Below are positions 8,896 to 18,626 of a DNA stretch of 46,078 bases, piece by piece. Source of the stretch: Thermodesulfobacteriota bacterium (GTDB taxonomy: Bacteria; Desulfobacterota; SM23-61). A program made the translations under genes and the position numbers. Position 1 is the first letter of the stretch, and each line of letters starts with the position of its first letter. The notes under the pieces are model-generated. The model did no database searches and was not told the DNA's origin. It saw nothing but the letters and a program-made list of their open reading frames with translations. The DNA is taken from positions 1 to 46,078 of the forward strand of contig JBNAWB010000003.1 of the NCBI GenBank assembly GCA_049699975.1, given 5' to 3'.

Positions 8896-8933
8896 TAAGC
8901 TTTTAATCGCCAACGTAAAGGCGAATTTATTCC

Positions 8934-9773
8934 TCAAAACTCATCCGAAATGAATTTTTGGATTTCTTCCAGGCTGAAGACGGGGCCATCTTTACAGACA
9001 TAGAGGGGGCCGATATTGCATCGGCCACATTTCCCTAAGCCACACTTCATCTTCATCTCCAAGGTCGTCCAAACCTGCGCCGGAGCAAAGCCTAATTTAT
9101 CCAAAGCTCGCAAAGTATAGCGGATCATGATGGGTGGGCCACAGGTAATGGCTACGGCATTTTGGGGGGAAGGTTTAAGTTCTTCTAAGACCATGGGCAC
9201 CAAACCTACTTTACCCTTCCAATCCTTATCCCCCACATCAACGGTAGTTACCAATTGCAAAGATGGGTCCTTACTCCAAGCCTCCAAATCATACTTAAAA
9301 CAAAGATCTTGCGGAGTGCGGGCCCCGTATAAGATAGTAATCTCTCGGTAATCTGACCTGGTATCCACCACATTATTTATTAATGAACGTAAGGGGGCTA
9401 AGCCAATTCCGCCCCCAATAAAGAGAAGATTTTTCTTTTTAAATTTCTCCAGAGGGAAAAAGTTTCCATAAGGGCCGCGAAAGCCAATAATATCCCCCTC
9501 GTTTAAATGGTGGAGGGCCTGGGTTACCCGGCCTACTTTTTTCACACTGAATTCCAAATGGCCGCGGCGGGTAGGACTGGAAGAGATACAAAAGGTCGCC
9601 TCCCCCTCACCAAAGACTGAATACTCGCCGAATTGTCCGGCCAGATAATGAAAATTTTCTCTCAACTGCTCATCAAAAAATTGAATATGAAAAGTCTTCG
9701 TATCTTCCGTCTCCGGAATTATTTTTATGATTTCCATAAGGTGCGGTTGATAAATATTCTTTTCTTCCACCAT
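8934..9773 (-). CDS. FAD/NAD(P)-binding oxidoreductase with C-terminal [2Fe-2S] (FlxA-like; PyrK / sulfhydrogenase gamma family)
   Basis: RGPYGNFF, LLFIGGGIGLAPLRSL, and the C-terminal CGLGKCGRCNIGPLYVCKDGP cluster motif. It is the last gene of the hdr-flx operon. Confidence 0.8.
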   Translation of the reverse strand: MVEEKNIYQPHLMEIIKIIPETEDTKTFHIQFFDEQLRENFHYLAGQFGEYSVFGEGEATFCISSSPTRRGHLEFSVKKVGRVTQALHHLNEGDIIGFRGPYGNFFPLEKFKKKNLLFIGGGIGLAPLRSLINNVVDTRSDYREITILYGARTPQDLCFKYDLEAWSKDPSLQLVTTVDVGDKDWKGKVGLVPMVLEELKPSPQNAVAITCGPPIMIRYTLRALDKLGFAPAQVWTTLEMKMKCGLGKCGRCNIGPLYVCKDGPVFSLEEIQKFISDEF

Positions 9774-9786
9774 GCTCCCTTTCTCT

Positions 9787-10785
9787 TCAGTGGATGGCTT
9801 TGAGTATTTCCCGCAAATCTAAATTTACTGGACAGAAATTAACGCATCGGCCACAACCTACGCAAGCAATCTCCTTAAAATTTTGGAAAAAGAAATTAAA
9901 TTTATGGCTTACTCTTTGCCGATAACGACGCCATTTCTCAGCTCGGGGATTATGCACCGCCATCTTCGTAAAATTAGCAAAAGCACAACTATCATAGCAA
10001 CGGAAACGCACCCCTTTCTCCACCGTTCTTAGATCGCAAATATCAAAACAATGGCATGTAGGACAAAGATAAGTGCAGATGCCGCAATTTAAACACTTAG
10101 CCGAAACTTTCTGCCAGAATTCTTCCTGGGGGAAGAAAGAATTTATGCTTGCTTTGACCACTTCCAAATTAAAGAGATCATTTCTCTCAGGCATCTTTCG
10201 TTCAGCAGCCGCCCAGTCATTTGCCTCTGCTTCACTAAAAAAACCTTGGGCCAACAAAACTTTACCGCGCTCTGTAATTACCTTAGCTACAAATCCCTCT
10301 GGTGTGGCTCTTAAAAAAATATCATTATCCGTAGAATCCTGAGGATTAACCTGCATCTCTCGGCAGAAAGAACCGGGACAAAGTTGGGGGCAGGCTAATC
10401 CGATTAAGATAGTTCGTTCTAAGTTTTTTAGGTAGAGTATATCGGCGTATTCTCCACCAAAAACGGGTTTGAGGAGTTGCAGACCGCGGGAATCGCAGGG
10501 GCGCAGGCCGACCAGGAAACGCTTTTTCCCCTCCGGAGCTAAAGAATTCATCTTCATAGATCCCGGCGCACATTTCCAGCTTAAAAGAGCCTGACGATTG
10601 GGAAAAAATAAGTTTTTGGCGGGAAGACGCGTATTCAAAAAATGAGCTGGCCATTCCTGACCTTCCAGTGGCACGTAGACCCATAGATTATTTTCTTTCG
10701 TGGGAATATAGACTTCTCCTTGGTTTTTTAAAGTTTGCAACCATTCCTTAAATTTTTCTTGATTAATTTTGAAAAACATTGGCAA
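9787..10785 (-). CDS. 4Fe-4S dicluster protein (FlxB-like; AsrA / sulfhydrogenase beta family)
   Basis: CLNCGICTYLCPTCHC and CVGCGRCVNFCP motifs. There is a 13-nt gap to the downstream flxA-like gene. Confidence 0.75.
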   Translation of the reverse strand: MPMFFKINQEKFKEWLQTLKNQGEVYIPTKENNLWVYVPLEGQEWPAHFLNTRLPAKNLFFPNRQALLSWKCAPGSMKMNSLAPEGKKRFLVGLRPCDSRGLQLLKPVFGGEYADILYLKNLERTILIGLACPQLCPGSFCREMQVNPQDSTDNDIFLRATPEGFVAKVITERGKVLLAQGFFSEAEANDWAAAERKMPERNDLFNLEVVKASINSFFPQEEFWQKVSAKCLNCGICTYLCPTCHCFDICDLRTVEKGVRFRCYDSCAFANFTKMAVHNPRAEKWRRYRQRVSHKFNFFFQNFKEIACVGCGRCVNFCPVNLDLREILKAIH

Positions 10786-10788
10786 CCT

Positions 10789-11763
10789 TTACTTAATAAA
10801 TTCATTGGGGTCTTCTTGGCGATAAGTGCGGAAAGGAAGTGGTTTTTCCAAGTCTACCCCTGGTTCAAAGGCAAACAGTTCTTTAAGATCTGCCGCCATT
10901 TTTTCATTGAGTTTCATTAAAGGAATTTCTACTGGACAAACGCGCTCGCATTCTCCACAAGAGGTACAAGTACCAGCTACATGCATTAAACGCATTAGGT
11001 GAAATACAAAATTGTCGCCAGGAGTGGGCACTGGCGAAATCCACTCGGGCATGTTCTCTTCCACCAGGCAGCGCGGGCAAAAACAAGCTGGGCAAATATT
11101 CCGGCAAGCATAACAGCGCAGGCACCGGGCAAACTGAGCTGACCAATAAGCCCACTTTTCTGCAGCACTCTTCCGCCCTATATCATCTTCTATACCAAGC
11201 TTAGGCGGCACGGGGGGCAGATAATCTCCTTGGAGCAGAACATCGTAGAGCAAGGGTTGGGGATAAAAACAAGCCAGACACTTATCTAAAAGAGCTTTTT
11301 CTTTGGAGAGCTTATGCACTTGCTGCCGAAAGCGGACTAAAACCCCATCTTTCTCTGAGCGGGTTATTTCTTCTAATTCTTCAAGGGCACAGCCCATCAA
11401 TAAAGCTATCTTTTTTACATCTATCTGCCCGGGGCAAGGGATACCAATGATAAACAAATCTTCCTTCTTTACTTGTCCTTCTTTGATCAAGGAAATCAAT
11501 GAGCGACTATCGCATCCTTTCACTAAAATGCCTACTTTCCCCTTGATCTCTTTCAAATAGAAAGTCAAATTGTAGTGGAGGAAGTCATCCAGATTAAGTG
11601 CTGATAAATCTTCTATCCCGCGGGCGATCAAGGGGGCAGACTTGAATTTTACCGTCCCCTTTTGGTATCCCAAAAAGGATGTTAGCTGTCCCCTGCGGAA
11701 TAGTTCTGTTAGCAAGCTGATTAGATCGCTTAGGTTCTCTATAACTTGATCGGCCATGCCCAT
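10789..11763 (-). CDS. 4Fe-4S dicluster protein (FlxC-like)
   Basis: CLRCYACRNICPACFC and CTSCGECERVCP motifs. There is a 3-nt gap to the next gene. Confidence 0.7.
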   Translation of the reverse strand: MGMADQVIENLSDLISLLTELFRRGQLTSFLGYQKGTVKFKSAPLIARGIEDLSALNLDDFLHYNLTFYLKEIKGKVGILVKGCDSRSLISLIKEGQVKKEDLFIIGIPCPGQIDVKKIALLMGCALEELEEITRSEKDGVLVRFRQQVHKLSKEKALLDKCLACFYPQPLLYDVLLQGDYLPPVPPKLGIEDDIGRKSAAEKWAYWSAQFARCLRCYACRNICPACFCPRCLVEENMPEWISPVPTPGDNFVFHLMRLMHVAGTCTSCGECERVCPVEIPLMKLNEKMAADLKELFAFEPGVDLEKPLPFRTYRQEDPNEFIK

Positions 11764-11782
11764 CTTCCTCTTTCATTAAATT

Positions 11783-12238
11783 TCACTCGGGTGCAAATTC
11801 TGGAAGGCGAAAGAGCTCGTTAGGCCCGAGTTCTTTAACATCGGCTACTACTTCCCGTACTACTTTCGCAAATTTATCTCCTTCAGCGGCCGAAACCCAA
11901 GAAAACTGCACTCGGCGCGGGTCAATGCCCACATATTCCAAAAGGCGAGAAAGGATGATAAACTTGCGGCGGGCATGATAATTGCCGGCCGTATAATGAC
12001 AATCTCCAGGATGGCATCCAGAGACCAAAACCCCATCCATGCCGCTGCGCAAGGCCTTGAGGATAAAAAGGGGATCGACTCTTCCGGAGCAGGGCACGCG
12101 TAAAATGCGCACATTAGCCGGATAATTTAGGCGCGAGGAGCCGGTCAGATCAGCTCCCGCATAGCTACACCAGCGGCAGAGGAAGGCCAAAACTTTCGGT
12201 TCCCAAGTTTTTCCTTTCTTAACTTCCTTTTCTTCCAT
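11783..12238 (-). CDS. mvhD: MvhD / FlxD-type hydrogenase iron-sulfur (delta) subunit
   Basis: FLCRWCSYAGADLTG ... VPCSGRVDPLFILKAL ... VSGCHPGDCHY, the typical MvhD signature, directly downstream of hdrA. Confidence 0.85.
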   Translation of the reverse strand: MEEKEVKKGKTWEPKVLAFLCRWCSYAGADLTGSSRLNYPANVRILRVPCSGRVDPLFILKALRSGMDGVLVSGCHPGDCHYTAGNYHARRKFIILSRLLEYVGIDPRRVQFSWVSAAEGDKFAKVVREVVADVKELGPNELFRLPEFAPE

Positions 12239-12258
12239 AATTCTTTATCCTTCTTTCT

Positions 12259-14235
12259 TTAAAAGGAGCTGGCCAAGGCATTTATCTCCGCCACAATTTG
12301 TTGATCAGTAAAGCCTTTGAGAGTTAGGGCCCCTGGCCGACAGGAGGAAACACAGAGGCCGCAGCCGTGGCAGACACCCTCAATTACGCACATTTGTTTT
12401 ACCACTTGGCCATCCGGTTTAGTTACCTCTTCTTCTTTAATAGCCCCAAATGGACAAATTTCTTGACATACTTTGCATAGCGAACAGAGAGCTGGGTTCA
12501 ACTGCGCCGTTATCGGGTCAGCAATTAACTCTTCGGTAGCAAATAGAGCACAAACCTTAACTGAGGCGCCGCTAGCCGAAGCCACGGAATCGGGGATATC
12601 CTTAGGCGCTTGACAAGCTCCAGTGAGATAGATGCCCGAAGTCACATTTTCTACAGGAGCTAATTTGGGATGGAGCTCGGTAAAAAAATGATTTTGGTCA
12701 TAGGGGATGCCCAACATCTGCGCCAATTTAACAGCATCCCGGCGGGCGACCAGGGCGGTAGCCAAAACCACCATATCCGCCTCGATCTCTACCTGACCAT
12801 GAGCAAGCGTATCTACGCCGCGCACAATTAGTTTCCCTTCTTTTTCTAAGATCCGGGAAACCCTACCCCGCAAATAAATGGCCCCATATTGCTCAATCGC
12901 CCGGCGCACAAACTCTTCATAATTTTTCCCTGCTGCTCTGATATCGATATAAAAAACATACACTTGGGCATCTGGATAATGTTCTTTAGTCAGGATGGCA
13001 TGCTTGGCTGTATACATACAGCACATCTTCGAACAATACGGACGCCCTAAGCTTTCGTCCCGCGATCCCACACATTGGATAAAAACTACGGTCTTAGGTT
13101 CGCGTCCATCCGAAGGTCTTTTTAAATGTCCCTCCGTGGGACCAGCGGCATTGATCATTCTTTCAAACTGTAAACCGCTGATTACATCCTTGTAGCGACC
13201 TCCCCCGTATTCGCTGTATTCTGTTGGTTCTGATAAGTCAAAGCCAGTAGCCACGACAATAGCGCCCACTTTTTCAGTGATGATCTGATCTTCTTGCGCG
13301 TAGTCGATAGCCTCCCCTGGGCACACTCGTTGACATACCTTACATTTTCCTTGGGTGAAATAGCGGCAATGCGCTCGATCAATAACCGGCACATTAGGGA
13401 CCGCCTGGGGGAAAGGAATATATATAGCTCCCCTTTTGCCCAACCCTAAATCAAACTCGCTTTCGACCCGGACGGGACATTTTTGCAAACATTCTCCGCA
13501 GCCTGTGCATTTAGACATATCCACGGACCGCGCCTTCTGCCGGATCTTGACCTCAAAATTACCTACGTATCCTTGGACGCTCTCCACTTCCGCATAAGTA
13601 AGAATGCGGATTAAGGGGTGACTGCGCACATCCACCATTTTTGGAGTCAAGATACAGGCGGCACAGTCCAGAGTTGGAAAAGTTTTATCAAACTGCGCCA
13701 TCCGCCCGCCGATGGAAGGGGATCTTTCTACCAAAATGACTGGATGGCCGACCATAGCTATATCCAAAGCCGCTTGGATACCCGAAATTCCTCCGCCAAT
13801 CACCAAAGCTTGGCGGGCGATAGGCAAACGCTTGGGATACAATGGTTCATTCATGCGCACCTTGGCGATGGCCATTTTAATCAACTCGATAGCCTTTTGC
13901 GTCGCCTCTACTCGATCTTTATGTACCCAAGAGCATTGTTCTCTGATATTGGCCATCTCCATTAAATATGGATTTAAACCTTCTTCTTTTACCGTATTTT
14001 GAAAAGTTCGCTCATGAAGGAGAGGAGAACAAGCGGCCACGACCACTCTATCTAACTTATAAAGGCGAATATAGTCTTTGATAATATTTTGCCCGGGTGC
14101 AGAGCACATGTACTTATAATCCCGGGAAATAATCACGCCTTTTTCTTTAGCTAATTCTTCAGCCACATATTTTACATCCACTGTCCCGGCAATGTTGGTC
14201 CCACAATGACAAACGAAAACGCCAATGCGTGCCAT
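12259..14235 (-). CDS. hdrA: Heterodisulfide reductase subunit A (FAD, multiple 4Fe-4S)
   Basis: N-terminus MARIGVFVCHCGTNIAG. FAD motif VIGGGISGIQAALDIA. Fe-S motifs CTGCGECLQKCP, CKVCQRVCP, CSLCKVCQEICP and CHGCGLCVSSC. Confidence 0.9.
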   Translation of the reverse strand: MARIGVFVCHCGTNIAGTVDVKYVAEELAKEKGVIISRDYKYMCSAPGQNIIKDYIRLYKLDRVVVAACSPLLHERTFQNTVKEEGLNPYLMEMANIREQCSWVHKDRVEATQKAIELIKMAIAKVRMNEPLYPKRLPIARQALVIGGGISGIQAALDIAMVGHPVILVERSPSIGGRMAQFDKTFPTLDCAACILTPKMVDVRSHPLIRILTYAEVESVQGYVGNFEVKIRQKARSVDMSKCTGCGECLQKCPVRVESEFDLGLGKRGAIYIPFPQAVPNVPVIDRAHCRYFTQGKCKVCQRVCPGEAIDYAQEDQIITEKVGAIVVATGFDLSEPTEYSEYGGGRYKDVISGLQFERMINAAGPTEGHLKRPSDGREPKTVVFIQCVGSRDESLGRPYCSKMCCMYTAKHAILTKEHYPDAQVYVFYIDIRAAGKNYEEFVRRAIEQYGAIYLRGRVSRILEKEGKLIVRGVDTLAHGQVEIEADMVVLATALVARRDAVKLAQMLGIPYDQNHFFTELHPKLAPVENVTSGIYLTGACQAPKDIPDSVASASGASVKVCALFATEELIADPITAQLNPALCSLCKVCQEICPFGAIKEEEVTKPDGQVVKQMCVIEGVCHGCGLCVSSCRPGALTLKGFTDQQIVAEINALASSF

Positions 14236-14261
14236 ATCTATCTTCCTTAAATTTTTTAATT

Positions 14262-15137
14262 TTACCCCTCGAAAATGTTTCTCTCTTCCAATAAAGGAAT
14301 GGGACTGACACTCATTTTATCTAAACCCAATTCTTTCTGCCCCAGTCCTAAGCATAGGCCTAGGAGCTGAGTAAAATAAAGTATGGGAAGAGAAAAGGTA
14401 CGGCCATAAATTTTTTCTATCTCCCCTTGCCGAGAATCCAGATTGAACTGACAAAGGGGACAGTCAACAACTACTGCTTCTGCTCCTTGATCTTTAGCCC
14501 AACTTAGAAGTTCATAAGTCAGTTTAAGAACGATCTCTTTTTTGGAGATGGAAAAAGAACCGCCGCAGCACTCGGTCTTCAACGGCCACGGCAAGGATTT
14601 TCCGCCCAGAGTATTTACGAGGCGATCGAGGTATTGGGGATCTACAGGATCATCGAAAGCCACAATTTTTTGAGGGCGGGCCGAAAGACAGCCGTAGTAA
14701 CAAACTACGGGCAGACCTTTTAAATCTTTGACTATCTGGGCCCCAATTTTTTCCAGGCCGTATTCATTCACCACCACATCGGAGATATGGCGCACCTTTA
14801 TCTTGGCCTGGTAGTCTTCTCTTAAAACCTCCACCACTTTCTGGCGCAGTTCTTCTTTCTCCTGTAATTTATAAACCGCGGTGCGCAGGCGATTATAGCA
14901 TGCCGCACAAGGAGCCATGATATCTAAGCCCATTTTTTGGGCCTGCCAAATATCTTTGGCCGGCATGAGGATGGGCAAAAAAGTATCGACCACATGAGCT
15001 GAGGAGGCGCCGCAACACGTCCAGTCCTTTATTTCCTCCAGCTCAATGGCCAAACGGTTAAATACGGCAGCAATTGATTGGCCATAATCGATGGCCGTGG
15101 AGTGGAGCGAACAGCCTGGATAATACGCGAATTTCAT
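14262..15137 (-). CDS. hdrB: Heterodisulfide reductase subunit B (two CCG domains)
   Basis: YYPGCSL...DWTCCGASS and YYGCL...TECCGGSFS motifs. There is a 4-nt ATGA overlap with hdrC. Confidence 0.9.
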   Translation of the reverse strand: MKFAYYPGCSLHSTAIDYGQSIAAVFNRLAIELEEIKDWTCCGASSAHVVDTFLPILMPAKDIWQAQKMGLDIMAPCAACYNRLRTAVYKLQEKEELRQKVVEVLREDYQAKIKVRHISDVVVNEYGLEKIGAQIVKDLKGLPVVCYYGCLSARPQKIVAFDDPVDPQYLDRLVNTLGGKSLPWPLKTECCGGSFSISKKEIVLKLTYELLSWAKDQGAEAVVVDCPLCQFNLDSRQGEIEKIYGRTFSLPILYFTQLLGLCLGLGQKELGLDKMSVSPIPLLEERNIFEG

Positions 15138-15700
15138 CCTTCCTCCTTGCCGCCCCGATAATTCTTCAGCAGCTCTTGAAATTCCCGAAGGGTTTTTATA
15201 GGTGGAGTAGTTAATTTTAGCTTTCCCTTACGCAATAATTTTTGCCCTAACCAGAAATCGCGAAAGGGGCGCAAAGTCTGCAAATTATATCGGCCCATGA
15301 ATTGCAAATCGTTGATCCTTCCGTAACGCGCTACCGTATTTAAGAAGAGTTTATGGAAAAGAGCAATTTCTTTTTCAGTTCTGACCTGTCCCTGGCGGTA
15401 AGCCAGGATGCGCAGCGCATCCATAACGCCGGCCACGTCTATATTCTTCGGGCAGCGGGAGGTACAAGTTTGACAAGAGGCGCAAAGCCAGATGGTATGT
15501 GAATTAAGGGCTTCTTCCCGCCGCCCCAGTTGGACTAAGCGAATTATTTCGTGGGGTGGTATATCCATAGCAAAGGCCAAGGGACAGCCGGCCGTACATT
15601 TTCCGCACTGATAACAGCCCGCAATGTTCTGTTCAATCATGGCACTTACTTCCTTGGCCCACTTAAGAGCTTCTTCGTGGAGTATAATTTTCATGGGCAA
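15134..15700 (-). CDS. hdrC: Heterodisulfide reductase subunit C (2x 4Fe-4S)
   Basis: CYQCGKCTAGCP and CASCQTCTSRCP motifs. It is the first gene of the operon. Confidence 0.85.
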   Translation of the reverse strand: MPMKIILHEEALKWAKEVSAMIEQNIAGCYQCGKCTAGCPLAFAMDIPPHEIIRLVQLGRREEALNSHTIWLCASCQTCTSRCPKNIDVAGVMDALRILAYRQGQVRTEKEIALFHKLFLNTVARYGRINDLQFMGRYNLQTLRPFRDFWLGQKLLRKGKLKLTTPPIKTLREFQELLKNYRGGKEEG

Positions 15701-15785
15701 CCCTTAGGCGTGATATTTTATATTAAATTTAATTTATCCCTATTCTTTTGCCTATGATCTCACTCATATTTTCGCAATTGGCTTT

Positions 15786-17642
15786 TTATTCTTTAGGCAA
15801 AATCACTTTAAAAGTACTCCCTGCACCCAACTTACTATCTACCTCGATCTTTCCGCCATAGCGCTCCACTATATGTTTGACTAAAGAAAGACCCAACCCT
15901 GTGCCTTCCTGGCCCATTTCTTTCGCATTTTTGGCTCGATAGAACTCATCAAAAATGCGCGGTAAAGCCTCGGGGGGAATGCCAATGCCGTTATCGCTAA
16001 CCATAATTTGCAGCTCATGATCGCTGAGGGTAAGCTGGAGTTGAACTTTTCCCTGAGGGGGTGTATATTTTACGGCGTTCTCCAGTAAATTGCTGATTAG
16101 CCGTTCAAAATCTTCTTCATTTCCTTTAATAGTTACCAACGTCTCCGGCAGATCAATCCCCATAGTAATTTTCTTCTCTTCCGCTTCGGGAGTTACCGTT
16201 TCTACAATGCGCTTGATAACCCCGTTTAAAATTACTTCTGTCTTTTTCAATTCGGGAAGGGCTCCCTTCAAAGCTCCCAAGGCCAAAAGATCACGAATAA
16301 GACTTTGCAGACTTACCAGTCTTTTTTCGGCGCGGGCAATTAGTTCTTTCTGTTTTTCATAAATTTCCCCAGCGTACCCTTCTAAAAGCACCCGTAAAAT
16401 GGATTGGATGGCGGCCACCGGCGCTTTTAATTCATGGGCTACGGTGAATACAAATTCGGATTTAGCTTGTTCTAACTCCTCCAGACGTTGGTAAGTGCGG
16501 GCATTTTCTATCGCTACCGCGCCTTGACTCGCTAAAGCGGAAAGAAATTCGATTTCCTCTTCCGTAAAGCGATGGATTTCACCTGTATACAACCTGAGCA
16601 CCCCGATAGGTTGTTCTCTGACTTTTAGCGGCACACAGAGGACAGAGCGAATACCTTCTTTCTTGGCCTCCTCGGGATACTGGAATCCCGGGTCTTTAGT
16701 TACATCTAAGACTGAGACGGGTTTACCGCGTAAGGCCCCGCGATCTATCAAACTTTTATCTAAATCCACGGCCCCTTTGCTTAAATATTCCTGGCTTAAT
16801 CCATAAGCAGCTCCAATCCAAAGTTGCCGCTTTTCTTGATCGAGGAGACGAATAGAACAAGCTTTGGCATTCATAGCTTTCGTCGCTTGTTGAACTATGG
16901 TATTCAGAACTTCTGTAAAATTGAGGGTGGAAGTAACTGCCTGGGCAATATCATAGAGGGTCTTTGTTTTATAATAAGCGCTCTCTAGCCTTTCCTTTAA
17001 GCGGGCCAGTTCCCGCGTTCGCGACCATAAGCGCTTAGTAATAGATGTAGCTAAATAGATAGAAACATAGATGGCACTGGCGAAAAAGAGAAATGTCCCC
17101 CAAACATAAAAAGGTTGTTGGTAGTGAGCAAGAAGAAACCCGGGGAGGGCCACGTGAGGAATAATTTCGTAAAATTCTAACAGAGCTAACGTGCCCACCA
17201 AGAGCACCCCCACGGTGGCATGTATATAACAGGTGCGGGGAGGCACAAGGATGCTGGCGATGATGGCATGGAAAATAAAATAAAATATTACCGGGCTTTC
17301 GATCCCGCCCGAATAATGCACTAAGGAGATCAAAGCCAACCAGTCCACAAAAAACTGCCAACTTGCAAAAGCGCTGAACTGATTTATTCTGGCCTTGGGG
17401 TTACTCTTTAAAGCTTTATGCCTTTGGTAAAAGAAAAGATTATAGGCGGCTATTAAAAAACCTATAAAGATAAGTTTGGCTTGCTCGATGGGCAACTGCA
17501 GAAGATTAGCGACCGTAAGCGTAGTTACTATGACTCCCCCAGAGGCAAACCAACGGAGGCGAATGAGCCAAGAGACTCGTTCAATTAATTCTTCTTCCAC
17601 CGGCAGGCGAAAGGAGATTTGATCCACCGGCGTATTCTCCAA
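15786..17642 (-). CDS. Membrane sensor histidine kinase with GAF domain
   Basis: ~200-aa multi-TM N-terminus and a central GAF-like region (LNTIVQQATKAMNAKACSIRLLD...). H-box FTVAHELKAPV. ATP-lid GTGLGLSLV. Confidence 0.85.
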   Translation of the reverse strand: MENTPVDQISFRLPVEEELIERVSWLIRLRWFASGGVIVTTLTVANLLQLPIEQAKLIFIGFLIAAYNLFFYQRHKALKSNPKARINQFSAFASWQFFVDWLALISLVHYSGGIESPVIFYFIFHAIIASILVPPRTCYIHATVGVLLVGTLALLEFYEIIPHVALPGFLLAHYQQPFYVWGTFLFFASAIYVSIYLATSITKRLWSRTRELARLKERLESAYYKTKTLYDIAQAVTSTLNFTEVLNTIVQQATKAMNAKACSIRLLDQEKRQLWIGAAYGLSQEYLSKGAVDLDKSLIDRGALRGKPVSVLDVTKDPGFQYPEEAKKEGIRSVLCVPLKVREQPIGVLRLYTGEIHRFTEEEIEFLSALASQGAVAIENARTYQRLEELEQAKSEFVFTVAHELKAPVAAIQSILRVLLEGYAGEIYEKQKELIARAEKRLVSLQSLIRDLLALGALKGALPELKKTEVILNGVIKRIVETVTPEAEEKKITMGIDLPETLVTIKGNEEDFERLISNLLENAVKYTPPQGKVQLQLTLSDHELQIMVSDNGIGIPPEALPRIFDEFYRAKNAKEMGQEGTGLGLSLVKHIVERYGGKIEVDSKLGAGSTFKVILPKE

Positions 17643-17652
17643 TATTTTCCCC

Positions 17653-17704
17653 TAATATTAGACCCAAATGAAGAACAATCCTGGCGTATTATTTAATATT
17701 AGAC
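17653..17704. repeat. Two copies of taatattagac spaced 41 bp apart, just upstream of the GAF kinase start
   Basis: Exact 11-mers at 17653-17663 and 17694-17704, each with a palindromic core taatatta. Confidence 0.4.
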
Positions 17705-17854
17705 TAAAAAGTACTTGTCAACTATTTTTTGTAGTGGTTCTTAAAATTTTCTTGAGGAGTGTTAGAAAGAGAATTAGTAAGAAAAACTTTAGGCTGGAAA
17801 TAGGACCCAGCTTAAGTAAAGAAGCCGGGTCCGCTTTAATTAGCCCAAGGCAAG

Positions 17855-18607
17855 CTATATGGTTGTGCCGCCATCGATAGCCAGTACCTGTCCCGTAACA
17901 TAACTGGAGGCATCCGAGGCGAAATAAATAATTGCCCCGACCATCTCTTCTGGCTCCGCTATTCGGCCCAGGGGAGCTTTACTCACGGCCATCTTCAAAA
18001 TATCAGGGTTACTCCACAAGGCTTCACTAAAGCGCGTCTTGGTTAATCCGGGGGCGATCGCATTAACCCGAATGTTATACTGGGCCCATTGCTGGGCCAT
18101 TACTTTGGTGGCCATGATTACCCCGGCCTTGCTTATCGAATAGACGGGCAATAGGTCAGGACTTATGCCGGCAATAGAAGAGACATTGATAATTTTCCCT
18201 CCGCCTTTCTCTTTCATCACCCGGGCCACCGCTTGGCTCAGGAAAAATAGTCCCTTAAGGTTCAAATTCATAATCGCATCCCAAGCCCGCTCATCCACAT
18301 CCAGAGCCGAAGCCATGGTCGGATTGGTGGCGGCATTATTTACTAAAATATCTATACGCCCAAATTCTTCGACCACTCTCTTTACTAAATTCTGAATTTC
18401 CTCCATCCGGCCCACATGGGCAGCCACGGGCAGACATTTTTTACCCAATTTTCTAATCTCCTCCGCCGTCTTCTCCAGATCGGGGAGCTTCCGACTGGCT
18501 ACTGCTACATCTGCCCCTGCTTGAGCCAAGCCAATCGCCGCGGCCTTGCCAATACCGCGACTGGCTCCCGTAACTAAAGCTATTTTACCCGACAATGAAA
18601 AATTCAT
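17855..18607 (-). CDS. SDR family oxidoreductase
   Basis: TGASRGIGKAAA, NNAA, and the YSISKAG catalytic YxxxK. Confidence 0.85.
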   Translation of the reverse strand: MNFSLSGKIALVTGASRGIGKAAAIGLAQAGADVAVASRKLPDLEKTAEEIRKLGKKCLPVAAHVGRMEEIQNLVKRVVEEFGRIDILVNNAATNPTMASALDVDERAWDAIMNLNLKGLFFLSQAVARVMKEKGGGKIINVSSIAGISPDLLPVYSISKAGVIMATKVMAQQWAQYNIRVNAIAPGLTKTRFSEALWSNPDILKMAVSKAPLGRIAEPEEMVGAIIYFASDASSYVTGQVLAIDGGTTI

Positions 18608-18626
18608 TTTTTAGACCTCCTGCAAA

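Noticed and set aside
12259-14235. Checked HdrA and MvhD for in-frame TGA (selenocysteine), as seen in some Hdr/Mvh proteins.
   Set aside because: Both ORFs are uninterrupted, with Cys at the relevant positions. There is no evidence for Sec recoding.
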